The notes below the pieces were generated by a model. That model saw only the letters and a list, made by a program, of their open reading frames with translations, had not been told where the DNA came from and searched no databases. Of a stretch of 64,000 nucleotides of DNA, positions 11,801-23,460 are shown one piece after another (the first letter of the stretch is position 1; each line of letters opens with the position of its first letter). Position numbers and translations under genes: made by a program. Where the stretch lies: assembly GCF_000143415.4 (NCBI RefSeq), contig NW_003314298.1:186001-250000 (forward strand). Reading direction: 5' to 3'. The DNA comes from Selaginella moellendorffii (lineage: Eukaryota; Plantae; Lycopodiophyta).

Positions 11801-14606
11801 ACCTGATCATGCCAAAATTGCCCAAGGATCAAAGAGTCCTTCAAAGGTAGAGTTGAGCTGCTGGTAGTCCACAACCACAAAGTCCAAAAGAGATTTTACC
11901 CTTTTGACGTAGACTCAAATGCCACGACAAATTCCAATAGGAACAACAATGTGGTTTGCAAATGCATTCAAAATCAAAGCCATGCTCCTAGTGATCTGGA
12001 GACCTGCCTTGGTAACTGCATCCAAGGAGATCACATTACACCCCAAGCCAGAGTTGACTGCATTGATGATGGGTGAACCATTGTCAAAGTCTACTGGTGC
12101 AAAAAACACACCTAGATCGGATGAAGGAGCAGTGTTGATGATGTGGACATCTTGTGGGAGAGATGCCATGACTCCAATTGACCTTGCAAAGTCCTCCAAA
12201 TGCTATCCAAATCCCTGAACCGTGCACATAAGTTCACGCAGTGAAAGGGTGATAGACATCTCCATCAATTGTTGAAGCATACTTTTAGGGACGTGGGAAA
12301 CACTAGAGAAAGGTGGAGGAGCCCCAGGTAGAAGGGATGTGAAGGGGAGCTTGCATGCCACCTTGGGAACTGTGTCAGTGATCGTCAAGGGAGCTGGATC
12401 GGCATCTATCTCCTCTTGAGCAGCTGCCTTCTTCTTTGTGCTCTCATGGCTGCTGTCTGTGAGAACTCCTCCCCAACAATCCTGGTCCCATTGAAGCTTT
12501 CCCTTTGCTAGAAGAAGAAGATGGTATGTCCTTGATTGCTCGTTACTCAAGTTGTTGTTGGTAGCGATCCTTCTATTGGATAATAGTATTATCTGCAAAT
12601 GGTTGCTCTTGGACATGTTGAGAACATGGTGGCCGCTACTCCAGATGAAGCTTCCAGCACCTCTCAATTCTATGTGTCGTGACATCACAATGCAAGTAGT
12701 ACCAAGAGCGTGGAGCATGTCGTGGCCTTTCAACTTGCTGTAAGTGACAAGCATGGAGTTCTTCAAGCATCTTCTCTTGCATTTTCTGCTGCTGCTGGAT
12801 GATATCTTTGTACCCGAGAGTTCCGCCAATGCCTTCTCAATCACTGCAGGGACCTTGTCACCTGCAACAGCAGTAGCAAGCAGGAGAGTTGGGCAAGAGA
12901 TGGCTGCACATGAGGTCTCCACCAAAGGAGGGAGAAAAACCTCTTCAGCCCTAGAAATGCCAAGTTCTTGGAGAAGATCACACTCCAAAGTCTCTGCAGC
13001 AGTAAAAGCCTCTTGACACGTATGAAATTGCCGCTTGAGCATCTTGCATTGGAGGTTTCCTTTGAGTCTAGAGATGAATGCCATGATTCCATGGGGCTCA
13101 TTAGTGATCACCCACCTTTCCACACACTCCTTCCAGTATGCATGAAAGGGCATCATATACTCCAGCACTGACTCGCAAGCTCCTTGCTGGAACACAAACA
13201 AGTCCATCAACAAATGATTCACTAGCTGTTGCTGATCAAGTGAGATCTGAAGGAGTCCTTAAATGTGGTATAGTCTACCATATTGGGCTCTAAGAGACTC
13301 TCAGCCCATGCTACTTCTTGGCCAGTAAGTGATTGAGAGAAGTCACAAAGCTTGTGATCATCATCACGAATGCCATTCAACATGCAATACTGTTCAAAGT
13401 GAAGAATATAAGTCTTGGCCAAGATGTCTCCATTGCCTGAGAAGTAAGGCAAGTTCATTCCCCCTATCAATTTGAGGGGGAACTACCATAGGTAGCGGAT
13501 GCCCAAACTCACTATTTGTTGAAAACTCACAATCCTCCTCTTCAAAGACTGCTCCCAAGTCCAAAGATCTCATAGCCAAAATAAATGGCTGTAAAAGTTA
13601 GATAGAAGTTTAAGAAAACTATGAGCTACCACTCACTATACAAGCTTGTGGAAGTAAAACATGGATATCTTACACTCTAAGTCACCAAAACTATTGAGGA
13701 GGGGCATGTTTGAAAGTTCTAGGAACTAGTTATATAGCCATGGTGAGAAAAATCCACTCCAACTGCTCAGAATGATATAAGACCACCATGAATCTCTACT
13801 TGTACTCAAAATAAATGATCACTGGTAAACAATTGCTCCAAAGTCCTGAAATCTTCATTAAATGGTGATAAATCCCAAAAGAACAAGATCCTTAGAGTTG
13901 GAGTTATGTACTGCACAAGGAAAGAGATAGTGGCATGCATAATTCTTGGTGAATTCCTATGCAAGAGAGTACTCTTATGAAAGTTGGGAGGCCAAGAAAA
14001 ACAACTTGCAAAAGAAATCATAAAGAATGCTCAAGAAATCATGCTCTTAGAGCCCAAGAACACAATTGTGAAGAAATAAGGAGAAAGAAACACAGAAAAA
14101 GTGAAAAATCTCTTGACTCCTGCCATGCTACTTATCAAGAAAGCACTCATTGAAATCCTTGCATGTCACTCAATTCTCCACCAAACCCAATGTTTTTCAG
14201 CTTATTGAAAAAAAGAAGAGAAGGTGCTCCAACCCAAACCATCTATAAACAAAATGAGTACTTTTGTCAAAAGAAATCTCTCCAAAACTGAGTAGGATTA
14301 AGGAAAGAAAGAAAACTATAAAAGAAAATGTGAAAGCTGTGAGTTTGCTACCCAAATTCATGTGAGTTCCTAAGAGTACTAGAGCCATTGGAGCTCAAAA
14401 TCTCACTTTAACACTCTATAAATCTTTCTAAACTTCTCGAAAAAGCTAGACTAGTCCATGACAGATGAGGGCTATCTTCCAACGTCTCTCAACTATGTCT
14501 TCTAAAACCCTACTAAAAACCTAGCCCATGCTTACTCTTGTGGGCTTTTTATACAAGGGAATATTCCAGGAATCAGAATATTCCTAGCGCTCTCTACATC
14601 CCAACA
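8827..14606 (-). mobile_element. Ty3/gypsy family B, rearranged duplicate (truncated 3' LTR 8827-8901, 5' LTR 14463-14606, RT deleted, integrase segment inverted)
   Basis: 8827-9175 = rc of about 39307-38966; 9176-11160 = forward about 36927-38920; 11161-11313 = forward about 36392-36543; 11314-14606 = rc of about 35326-32126. Same CTTAC|TGTT insertion junction as 32126. Confidence 0.9.
9399..10187 (+). pseudogene. Retrotransposon integrase core (family B duplicate)
   Basis: WGLDHIGP, IDYFTKWVE, VSD, YYPQSNGQAE, TPFSLVYGTEAILP motifs. Confidence 0.9.
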
Positions 14607-17600
14607 GTAAGAAAGCTAGTGTTGATCTTGATAAATAAGATTGATGTTGGATGAATAGTAATAATGAAAACAGAATCAAGATCTTAAAAGAACAACCTTC
14701 TTCCCTACATTAAGATTGCCTTTAAACAAAAAGTATAACTCACCCTTTATTAGAGTGACATTACTATTATAAACTTGAAGTATACAAACTAAAACATTTC
14801 TATGTCCCAAAGGAACATAATAGCAAATGTGTTGCACATCAAAAGATTTGATCCTTCTGATACCTATAAAAGATTGTGTGATAGTTTGTATGTGGACCAC
14901 ACTAGCTTCATGAAATTGAACAAAAAAACAAAAATCAAGATCAAATTTAAATCATATATAGAACTAGTTCAAATAATATGGCATAACATAAAAATACTGA
15001 GGAACAAAAAAATCATGTACAAAAAATAAAAATATAAAATAAATTTTGTAAAATGCATATTACAATTTGAACTTAATATGAGGCACAAAAGCAAGTTTAA
15101 TCACAAGGAAAAAAGAGATTACAAACAGAGATTGTGCAATTTAAAAATGAAAACTACAAAATAAGCTTAAAAAATAACTCAAAAATGAGCTTGGCACATG
15201 CTTAGGAAAAAATATTTTCACAAAATGACTCTAGAAAAGTTTAATACAATGCCACACATTTAGCAAAAAACATTTTCATAATATAACTCGAGAAAAAGCT
15301 TAGTGCCAGGGCACACGCTAAGCCAAAACATTTTTATAGACTAACGTAAGAACAAACTTAGTGCAAACATGTTAAGTTAAAAATATTTTTACAGATTGAC
15401 CCTAGAAAAAGCTTAGTATGAGGTCTCATACTAAGCAAAAAACGATTCCAAAAATTAACCCTAGAAAAACTTTAGCACAAGACCAGATGCTAAGTAAAAA
15501 ACATTTCCTCATATTTACTCTAAATAGTGCAAGGCTGCCACACGCTAAACAAAAAATGTTTCCATAAATTAACTCCAAAAAAAGCATAGCACAAGGTCAT
15601 TCACTATGCAAAAAATATTTTACCATAACAATAGTAAAAGCAATGAACTTGGGGTGAGGCCACATGCTAAGAAAAAGTTGTTTTATCAAACAAGTCCAAA
15701 AAAAATTTGGCACAAGACCACATACTAAACAAAAAAAATATCAAGTAAACATGAAAAAAAGGATTCCAAAGAATGAGCCAAGCTAAGCGCGAGGCCACAC
15801 ACCAACAAGTAAAAAGCAAAAGTATTTAATTAAGGCTTACTATTGCAAAATAATGTTGACATGGCTCAAATGTTATATTCAAGTCAAACTAGAAAGCTTT
15901 CAAAAAACCTAAATTACAGCTCAATGTCCATTTAGTTCTAATAGCGAAAATGAATGTGCAAACTCATGAAATATGCACTGTTGAACTCCTGCCATAAACA
16001 ATGGAAAAACTTAAATGAGCCCAAAGGGAGGTAAATTCAAAAGTTGTACAATTTTGATAACTAAAATAAAATAATTAATGTGGCCCAAAGAGGAAATATA
16101 ATAATATATTAAAATAATATTAATGTGGCCCTTCATCACATCAGCACACCTAAAGCCCACCCACAAAAGTATGGTGTCCGACCTCATGTAAAAATCTTAG
16201 TATAAAGTCTCATGCTAAGCAAACATCTAAATGTACAACTTTCCATTGTTTCCCCAGTCTTGCAAGTGTTTGGGGAGCAATTTTGTTCGAACATTTACCC
16301 CAAAGATGAATTGGTGAGGAAGATTACTCATCTAGACACCTAAAGTAGTAAAAAACAAATGCATATAAATGAATAGCATGAAGCCTCATGCCAAGAAAAT
16401 GACTTCATCCCTCCATAATACCTTAATCCAATCTGCAAATGGATGGTGTCAAACCACACACAAAAACCTTAGCATGAGGCCTCAGGCCAAGAAAAAATGC
16501 CCACCCACCTCCTCTAGCCTAGTTTCTTGACAGCAATCTCCTTTGCATGCATGTTTATTGCACATAAGATCGTCACCAAGAAACTGGGAAAAATATCACA
16601 AGCAATCCTAAGTGTGAGGCCTCGTGCTAGTAATCTCCATCAACACATTGTAACTAGACTCATGCTTAAAGATTAATGTGAGGCCTCATGCTAAAGTGCT
16701 AAAAGGATTTTGGTTTGTCTAGTTTTTTGACAGTAATCTTGCTCAAATGTCTGTCCATAGGACAAATGGGCAAGTAAGATTATTATCAAGGAATCAGCAA
16801 ACACAGCCCATCCATTCTTAAGTGTGAGGCCTTATGCTAATAACCTCCTATAGAATTACCTCCACTACCCTTTTCATACACCCCATCCATTCTTGAGCCC
16901 TCATGCTATTAACCTCCTCCCCTTTCACTTAAAATGAGGCCTCACACTAGGATCCATTCTCTCCCATTTCAAAAATATTTTAAGTAATTCTGATAAGTTC
17001 TTTTGTGTTTCTAGGCCCAAAAATCTAAAACACCTCTACATGAGTCCGTTAGAGTGAAAAGAGGCTGCAACTCCACACTACCACAGAAGTGGACATTGGA
17101 GATACAAGATGATGATCGAGTGTTGGTGGATCTACCAACCCAAACAGTCCAATAGTCTATGGGATTGTCATCAAATAAGAGGAGATTCCTGACAAAGACA
17201 TGAATATGGAAGGAGGGCCATTTATACAAAGCTTCAAAAGACATTCATCAGGAATATCATTCAAGACTCAGAGTTTATTCTGTCAACTACAATACAGCCT
17301 GCAGAGAAAGGAATCCATACAACCTTCACTACTTATGGAATCCTCAAGGACAGTCTAACCTTGTCAAGAGCATTGTTGTTGTGGATAGTCAGCAATAAGA
17401 TTCTAACTGAGAGACTTTTTGATAGAGAAATAGAAGAATCGGAGCATCCATTCCATGACCTCTCCAACTACAATCCAAATGATGGACACAAGGTAGATCA
17501 GGTTGTTGATGATAAATATACCTTAAGCAATACATCCTCATTAACATCAATGTCCAATGATCAGGAGAGTGAGGACAATGAAAACAAAAGAGATGATGAC

Positions 17601-19690
17601 ATCCAAGCAAAAGATAAAGTACAACACAATGATAATGAAGAGGATAATAGCGAGACAGAAAGTGACAAGAGTAATGATGAAATTCAAGACAAGAGTCCTT
17701 CCTCATCATGAAAAGAAGAAGAAGATGATGATGAACCACCACAGAAGAGGGTTAGATGTGAACTTTGGAGCAAGGTTGCAAGCAATAGTGTAAGGACAAG
17801 CCGGGGACAAAAACCTCCATACAAAGCAAGAACAAAAAGTGTCATGCAATAAAAAACCAAGAGACGGTAGAAATGAAGGCTCCAAAGAGAAGAGCAAAAA
17901 GGTGAAATGATGATAGCACAATTACAACAATAGGGCTGTAAAAAGAGACTAGTGTCGACAGGACACCCTTGTTGAGGTACAGTGTCTCGGTGCATCATTG
18001 ATGCAGACTACAATCACTATGCTCTTTGTCCACGATGGGTGAAAACCCTCAAGGAGCTGATGATTGTATAGGAGAACTCATTGGATCTAGGTGATGCAAT
18101 CCCAATCACTATGGACAAGGATGGTTGGACTTTTGTCAAAAGGATAGGCAAGCAAACAACAAAAAATCCAACAATCCAATTCATCAACATGTCTGGGCAG
18201 CACTCAACAAAAGCAATGCAAGAGATCTCTTCTAACCTGATATACATGAAGGAGATGCAAGCAAAATTCTCAATGAAGGGAACAACACCAAAAGATACCA
18301 TCATCGAGATATCCGATCTTGCGAACACAAAGGCAAAGAACCAACACAAGAGTAGCCTCAATGATAAGCTTGTACATAGTCACCACCACTAGGAGAGACT
18401 CAGGAAACTTGCCAAGAAAAAGCATAGACGAAGTGAATCAACTGGATTCGAGGTAAACATTTTTGTCTTTGCCCTTAGTGTGAGGTCATAGGCTACAAAA
18501 ATATCTTTCTCTATTTAAAATATATAGCCTCCTCACAGTTAAGTGTTATATTATCTTCAAGGACAAGGACAAAGAAAAGTTATTACTCCAGCCAAGTGCA
18601 ATATAGTTTTTATTGCGTATGCACAATTTGTCAGATCAGTACAATATGACATTGGCTCTTTGGACAAGCTCTTGAGATTTTAACCTTGAATATGCTTTGG
18701 GGAGGCTTGGTGTGCTAACAAACATATTTCGATATATGTATAAATGGTAAGTTCATTTAGCTTGGTCAAATTATACTAGAGAAATCTTTTAAAAATTTCA
18801 AGCTCAAGATAGAAGAAATGGAGATCTTGTAGCAACCAGCTTCACTAACACTTCTTGATGGACTGTACTCAACATTGAGCACTCTACCTACTTCACCTCA
18901 AGGAAACTCATTCAGACATCAGTGAGTTTGAAGTTTTCATTCTTGACACACCAGATAAATGTTACTGTTTAAGACAGTTTGGATGTTTGCATCCCTGTTC
19001 ATTTGACCCCAACAAATTAGATATTGGTGAATTATGTACTCTAGCAGACACACTCAAGAAACTTATTAAGTGTAACAGATGTCTTCTCCGATATAGTTCT
19101 TATGTGAGTGATCATATTGAGGATTATCCAATGCTCCAACGATTTTACATATATGAGTTTTTTGAGAAGAAGTTGGAGGCAAAGGTTGGCAATTTTATTA
19201 CTTATCAAAAACCTCTTTGATCACAAGATATGAAATTGATTGAATTTTTGGCAAGGATTGTTATATCTTCATCATGCATTTTGACTATGGCTTTCAATTT
19301 GAACTTTATTGGTATGTATACTGATGCACAGAAAGTCACTTTTGTGGATGCTATAATAGAAAAAACATCATATGAAATCAAATCGAAGATGTTACTCCAT
19401 CAGATGTATCCAAAGATGTTTCCATATATCAATAAGTTCTACCACTTACGTGATGATATGTACTATTAAGAAACAAGGTTCTATTAGCTAGAAATTTTGA
19501 TATAAGAGGTGAAAATATAGTAATGGACTCGCATTTTAATAAATATATCTTTGGTATATCTACTTTTTTGCATATAAGTGGGTTTTGTTTGTAAGCAACT
19601 CTTATTTTATATTAATTATTTGGTGTATAATGGGAATCAAGCTTGAATATTCTTTAATTAAGCCTAAATAATTAGCTAAGTACATATTTT
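14607..19690 (+). repeat. Left arm (segment D) of inverted segmental duplication; contains a decayed gene-like region of unknown product at about 17000-19470
   Basis: Reverse complement of about 26970-32125; the ORFs at 19230-19469 and 27193-27432 translate identically. Confidence 0.9.
15170..16960. repeat. Array of palindromes, consensus about GCTTAGCRYGAGGCCTCRYGCTAAGC; about 60-bp period at 15170-15800, irregular spacing at 16170-16960
   Basis: For example GCTTAGTATGAGGTCTCATACTAAGC at 15411-15436 and GTGAGGCCTCATGCTAA at about 16678. Confidence 0.85.
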
Positions 19691-20430
19691 TGAGATAATA
19701 TAATTAATAAAAATTAAGAAAATGATTAATATACTAAATGAGACCTCCAAATGGTCTCACTTTAACAAAAATGGCCTTTTCTGTATGCTGACAAAAATAA
19801 AAACTAACATGAGGAGAAATTTGTGAGCAGCAGTTGAGAATGTGGCTAATCCTGAAGTTTTTTCAAATTTTCGTTTGTAGTTGTAATTTATAATAGTTCC
19901 TAAAGTTTTTCTTATTGTTTAATAATTATATTTCATTAGTGTTACAGTTAAAATACAATATTACATAAAATAAATCCATATTACTAATAACAACTCTAAT
20001 TGGATGCAATGATAAACTTGATGATACTTTAGTGGCAACCACATCACCACACATAACTCATTACTCATCTATATACTCACATTCTTAAAGAAAATTGAGT
20101 TTAAGAGTTAACTTTTGACATTGCTAGTAATGAAATTTATTACTTTCAATCAAAGCTTTGCCTAAAACTTTTGATGCACATTTCAAATATAATTAATATT
20201 TTATAATTAAAATTATAAATTTTTTAATCAATTATCATTATTTGTTTTACCATTATAACATAAACCATCAGAAACCACACCATACCACATGCAAAAAAAT
20301 AGAAAAGCATGGCACTTGCTCTTGATTCTAGAATCTACAAAATCCTTAAATCTCACCACCTAAGATAATTCCATCTGCACCTCTGCAATGGAGAAAAAAT
20401 TTCAGATTATTTCTCAAAAAATTCTCAGTT

Positions 20431-23339
20431 TTACTTACTCTTTTTCACGTTGAGCTTTGGCTCCAAACACTTGTGCATTTCCGTGTTCTTAACCCGTCCG
20501 AACATTCTATGTGCATACGTCTTCTGAACTTGTTCTAGTTTCCTCATGTCTGCAGTAGAATCCAGAGAGATGTCGACCAGGTCTTTCACTTCGTCCTTGG
20601 ATGAGAATGCATCCAAACCTGGAGAGCAAAAGATAACATCAACTGATTGAAAATGAAACAGCACAAACGTACCTTGAATGACCACAATGTGTTGGAGACG
20701 ATCATCTGAAGCAAAATACCGTTCCCATGACTTGAATACCGGGTGTGATCTATCACCATCATAGCCTTCTGTCCATCCCTGAAGGCCTTTGCATTCCGGA
20801 TGAGCGTCATGGAGAGCCATTGCCATGGACTGATTTGCAGGCGTCTTCTTCAGCAATGCTTCTGTGACAAGTTTCCTAGTTCTGTAACGAACACTGCTGG
20901 AAGGCACATGGGCCACATTCAAAACCAGACTGGCGTATGGCAAGAAAACTCCGGAGAGCATTTAGCACATGCTAAATCAACATCAAGCTTCTCTGTGTGT
21001 TTCACCTGCACCAAAATGAGTGTCATCGTCTCCAGGCTAAATGTGTCACCAAAGAACCCAACGATGACGATGTCTATGCCCCATTCATTTTCACGGCAAA
21101 TGATTCCCACACCAGCCTTTCCAAATTCAAGCAAATCTTTTGCGGTGAGGTCCTGCAGTCGGAAGTCGGTTTTCCTGAATAGCAAGCAAAAAAACTTGGC
21201 TTCACCCATGTTTCTGTGGATTTCTTCTTTACCACTTTCATCTATAGAGCCACCTGCTTGTTTTGTTTCCCCTTCACCTTCAGCATTGTGCGTACTTCCA
21301 CCTGGAGTTTTCGAGGCCGTCAGCGTTGGAGATGGCGACTTCACCTCAGGTGGCGGCGTGTTTACTTTTACCTGCGCTTTTTCTCCTGGAGCTTTGGACA
21401 GGGACGCTGAAGCCACCTGCGGCTGACCGGGAATTTTTTTGTTTACTTCAACCTGCGCTTCTTCTCCACCACCTGGAGCTTTGGGGGCCGGAGATGCTGA
21501 ATTCTGCTCATCTTCTCTAATAAGATCGGACAGCGACTTCCCACTTAAGCCATGGCAAAGCTCGTCAAAAGTAAAGCACTTCCATGAACTTCTGCCTGGA
21601 CTATCCACTGCAAGTAGTAGCAGCACCCGTGCAACCAACTCGCCCCTGTAACCTCGATCAATCCATCCACGCTTCATCCCAGTTACAAGTGCCTCCAAGC
21701 ACTCCTGCCACCCTGTCCCAACCTGCCCTTCTGCACACAAAACCTGTGCTGCAGCCGCTGCAACCAGTGGCTCCGTAGCCCAATGCGTCCAAACAAGAGT
21801 CTGGTCATCAGAAATGGACATCACGCTAAGTAGGTGACTTGCAACCATATCAGTGATAATTGTGGCATGCGGATTGATGTCGATGCATACTCTGCAGCCC
21901 AGTGTAGCCAGACAAGCCTCATCTGATAGAACTTCTCTTTCAAAGAAAAACTTGTTGAACGAACCAGTGCCACCCAGGAGCTTATCTACAGCCAAAAGCA
22001 GCACGTCACCTGCACTTGCGGAAGCCTTCACCAATGCTTGCCACAGTGGCCGACCATAGCCGCAAAGACGACCCAGATCTTCAACTTCAGCAAGCAGAAG
22101 ATCACCTGTTTGTTCGTCCGATGGCAAGTCTGCCACGAAAAAGCAGTACGCTGGATGTGCAACTAGCTTTCCCGCCGCAGCCACTCGATCGCTACTATCT
22201 GCCTTATCGGGCGGCACAAAATTGTTTAGCCTCCCGTTTGTGTCGGTGAACATCACCGACACACTCCCATTTTCAGGCAACACCCTGGAAGCTCTCCTTG
22301 CAGGAACAAATGCAGCAACAGTTGTCGGATCAGCCTGCGAAGCAAACCATCGGGCTTCGTCCATGACAAACAGGACCTTCAGTTTTCCTTTGGCAGGAGC
22401 TGGAACATTCGACAGTAGACCTTCAAGCGTGTTGTACTTCTTAAACACCTTACTTTCCCAGATGCCCCATATATTGGTGTTCTCGCCAGGCTTCTCTTTC
22501 AGGCAGACGTCAAGGCGCTTCGCAAACTCCTCCCGGGCTTCGCTTCCTATCTCCATCTTCGCCTGTACCAGTCCCCAAAAGTTCTCCCCAACCATGAGAT
22601 CGTTCAAGAACTTCTTGGCATCCATGGGGTCCTCCCCGGAAGTCAGCTGCAGAAGAGCCTCGATGCATGATACAAAGTAGTCAATGCAGAAGAGCATGAA
22701 CCTGCTCTGCGACAAAAGCGTAGGACCCGGGCTGAGCAATTTGACGGCGTTTGTGTAGAAGAAGTCCGCAAAGGCAGACCTTGGAGGGTACGCGGTGCCA
22801 GATGAAGCGAATGAGCAGTAGATGACGAACACACCTAAATTCGCAAGCTCACAGGTAGTCCTCGACTTTCCCCAGCCACTCGACTGAACTAACGTGACAA
22901 CAGGTGCTATCATGTTTTTCTCCGTCTTCCACAGGTCTCCTGTTTCTTCCAGCTTCTCACGCAATAACTCCATGTTGTCTAATCCCCCAACTCTTCGGTA
23001 CTCCTGCGCAAATGCTGATTCGGCAATACCCTCCACTCTTTTCAAGGATTCAGGTGGCGGCTGGAGGATTTCAGAGAGCTCGCGTTCCAGTCTCGACTCA
23101 TCCTCCTGGAGTTGACTCGCCCGCACTTTCTCTGAGGCTATCTGCTCCTTTAGTTCGTTTAGTTCGGCATCCTCCCCGGCTTCCCACAATTTGCATTCAA
23201 GGTCTGCAATTCCCGCAAGTGCCCCCAGCAGACGACGTTTCACATGAACAATCTCACCTCTTTTAAGTCGCTTTTTCTCCTCCTGCTCTCCCTCTTCACC
23301 CGGCTCTCGCCCACGCTTTCTAGATGAAGAGGCGTCCAT
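20431..23339 (-). pseudogene. Crinkler/CR-type NTPase + REase gene, copy 1, frameshifted by a 49-bp deletion at 20942/20943
   Basis: Walker A LVQSSGWGKSR, Walker B LFVMDEAR, YGRPLW, RGELVARVLLLLAVD, GIDIVI..LVQVK. Collinear with 60013-62988; the C-terminus continues in ORF 20431-20961. Confidence 0.85.
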
Positions 23340-23460
23340 AGCTACAAAGACCTCTTGCTGCCGTAAAAACCCTAACATTAGGTCTTTTGAAACAATCGTC
23401 ACCGTTCAACCAACGACAGCCGTCTGATCAATAGATTATTCTAATAAAACAATAGATCTT

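Noticed and set aside
8827-14606. Independent second insertion of family B
   Set aside because: Same flanking junction as 32126, so it is a segmental duplicate.
20800-22680. Long antisense ORFs over the CR genes (for example 20800-21426 and 61692-62375)
   Set aside because: Shadow frames of GC-rich coding sequence with no recognisable motifs.
23340-23402. GTG-initiated N-terminal extension of CR copy 1 in the ORF track
   Set aside because: Eukaryotic gene; the frame is not conserved upstream of the ATG in copy 2.
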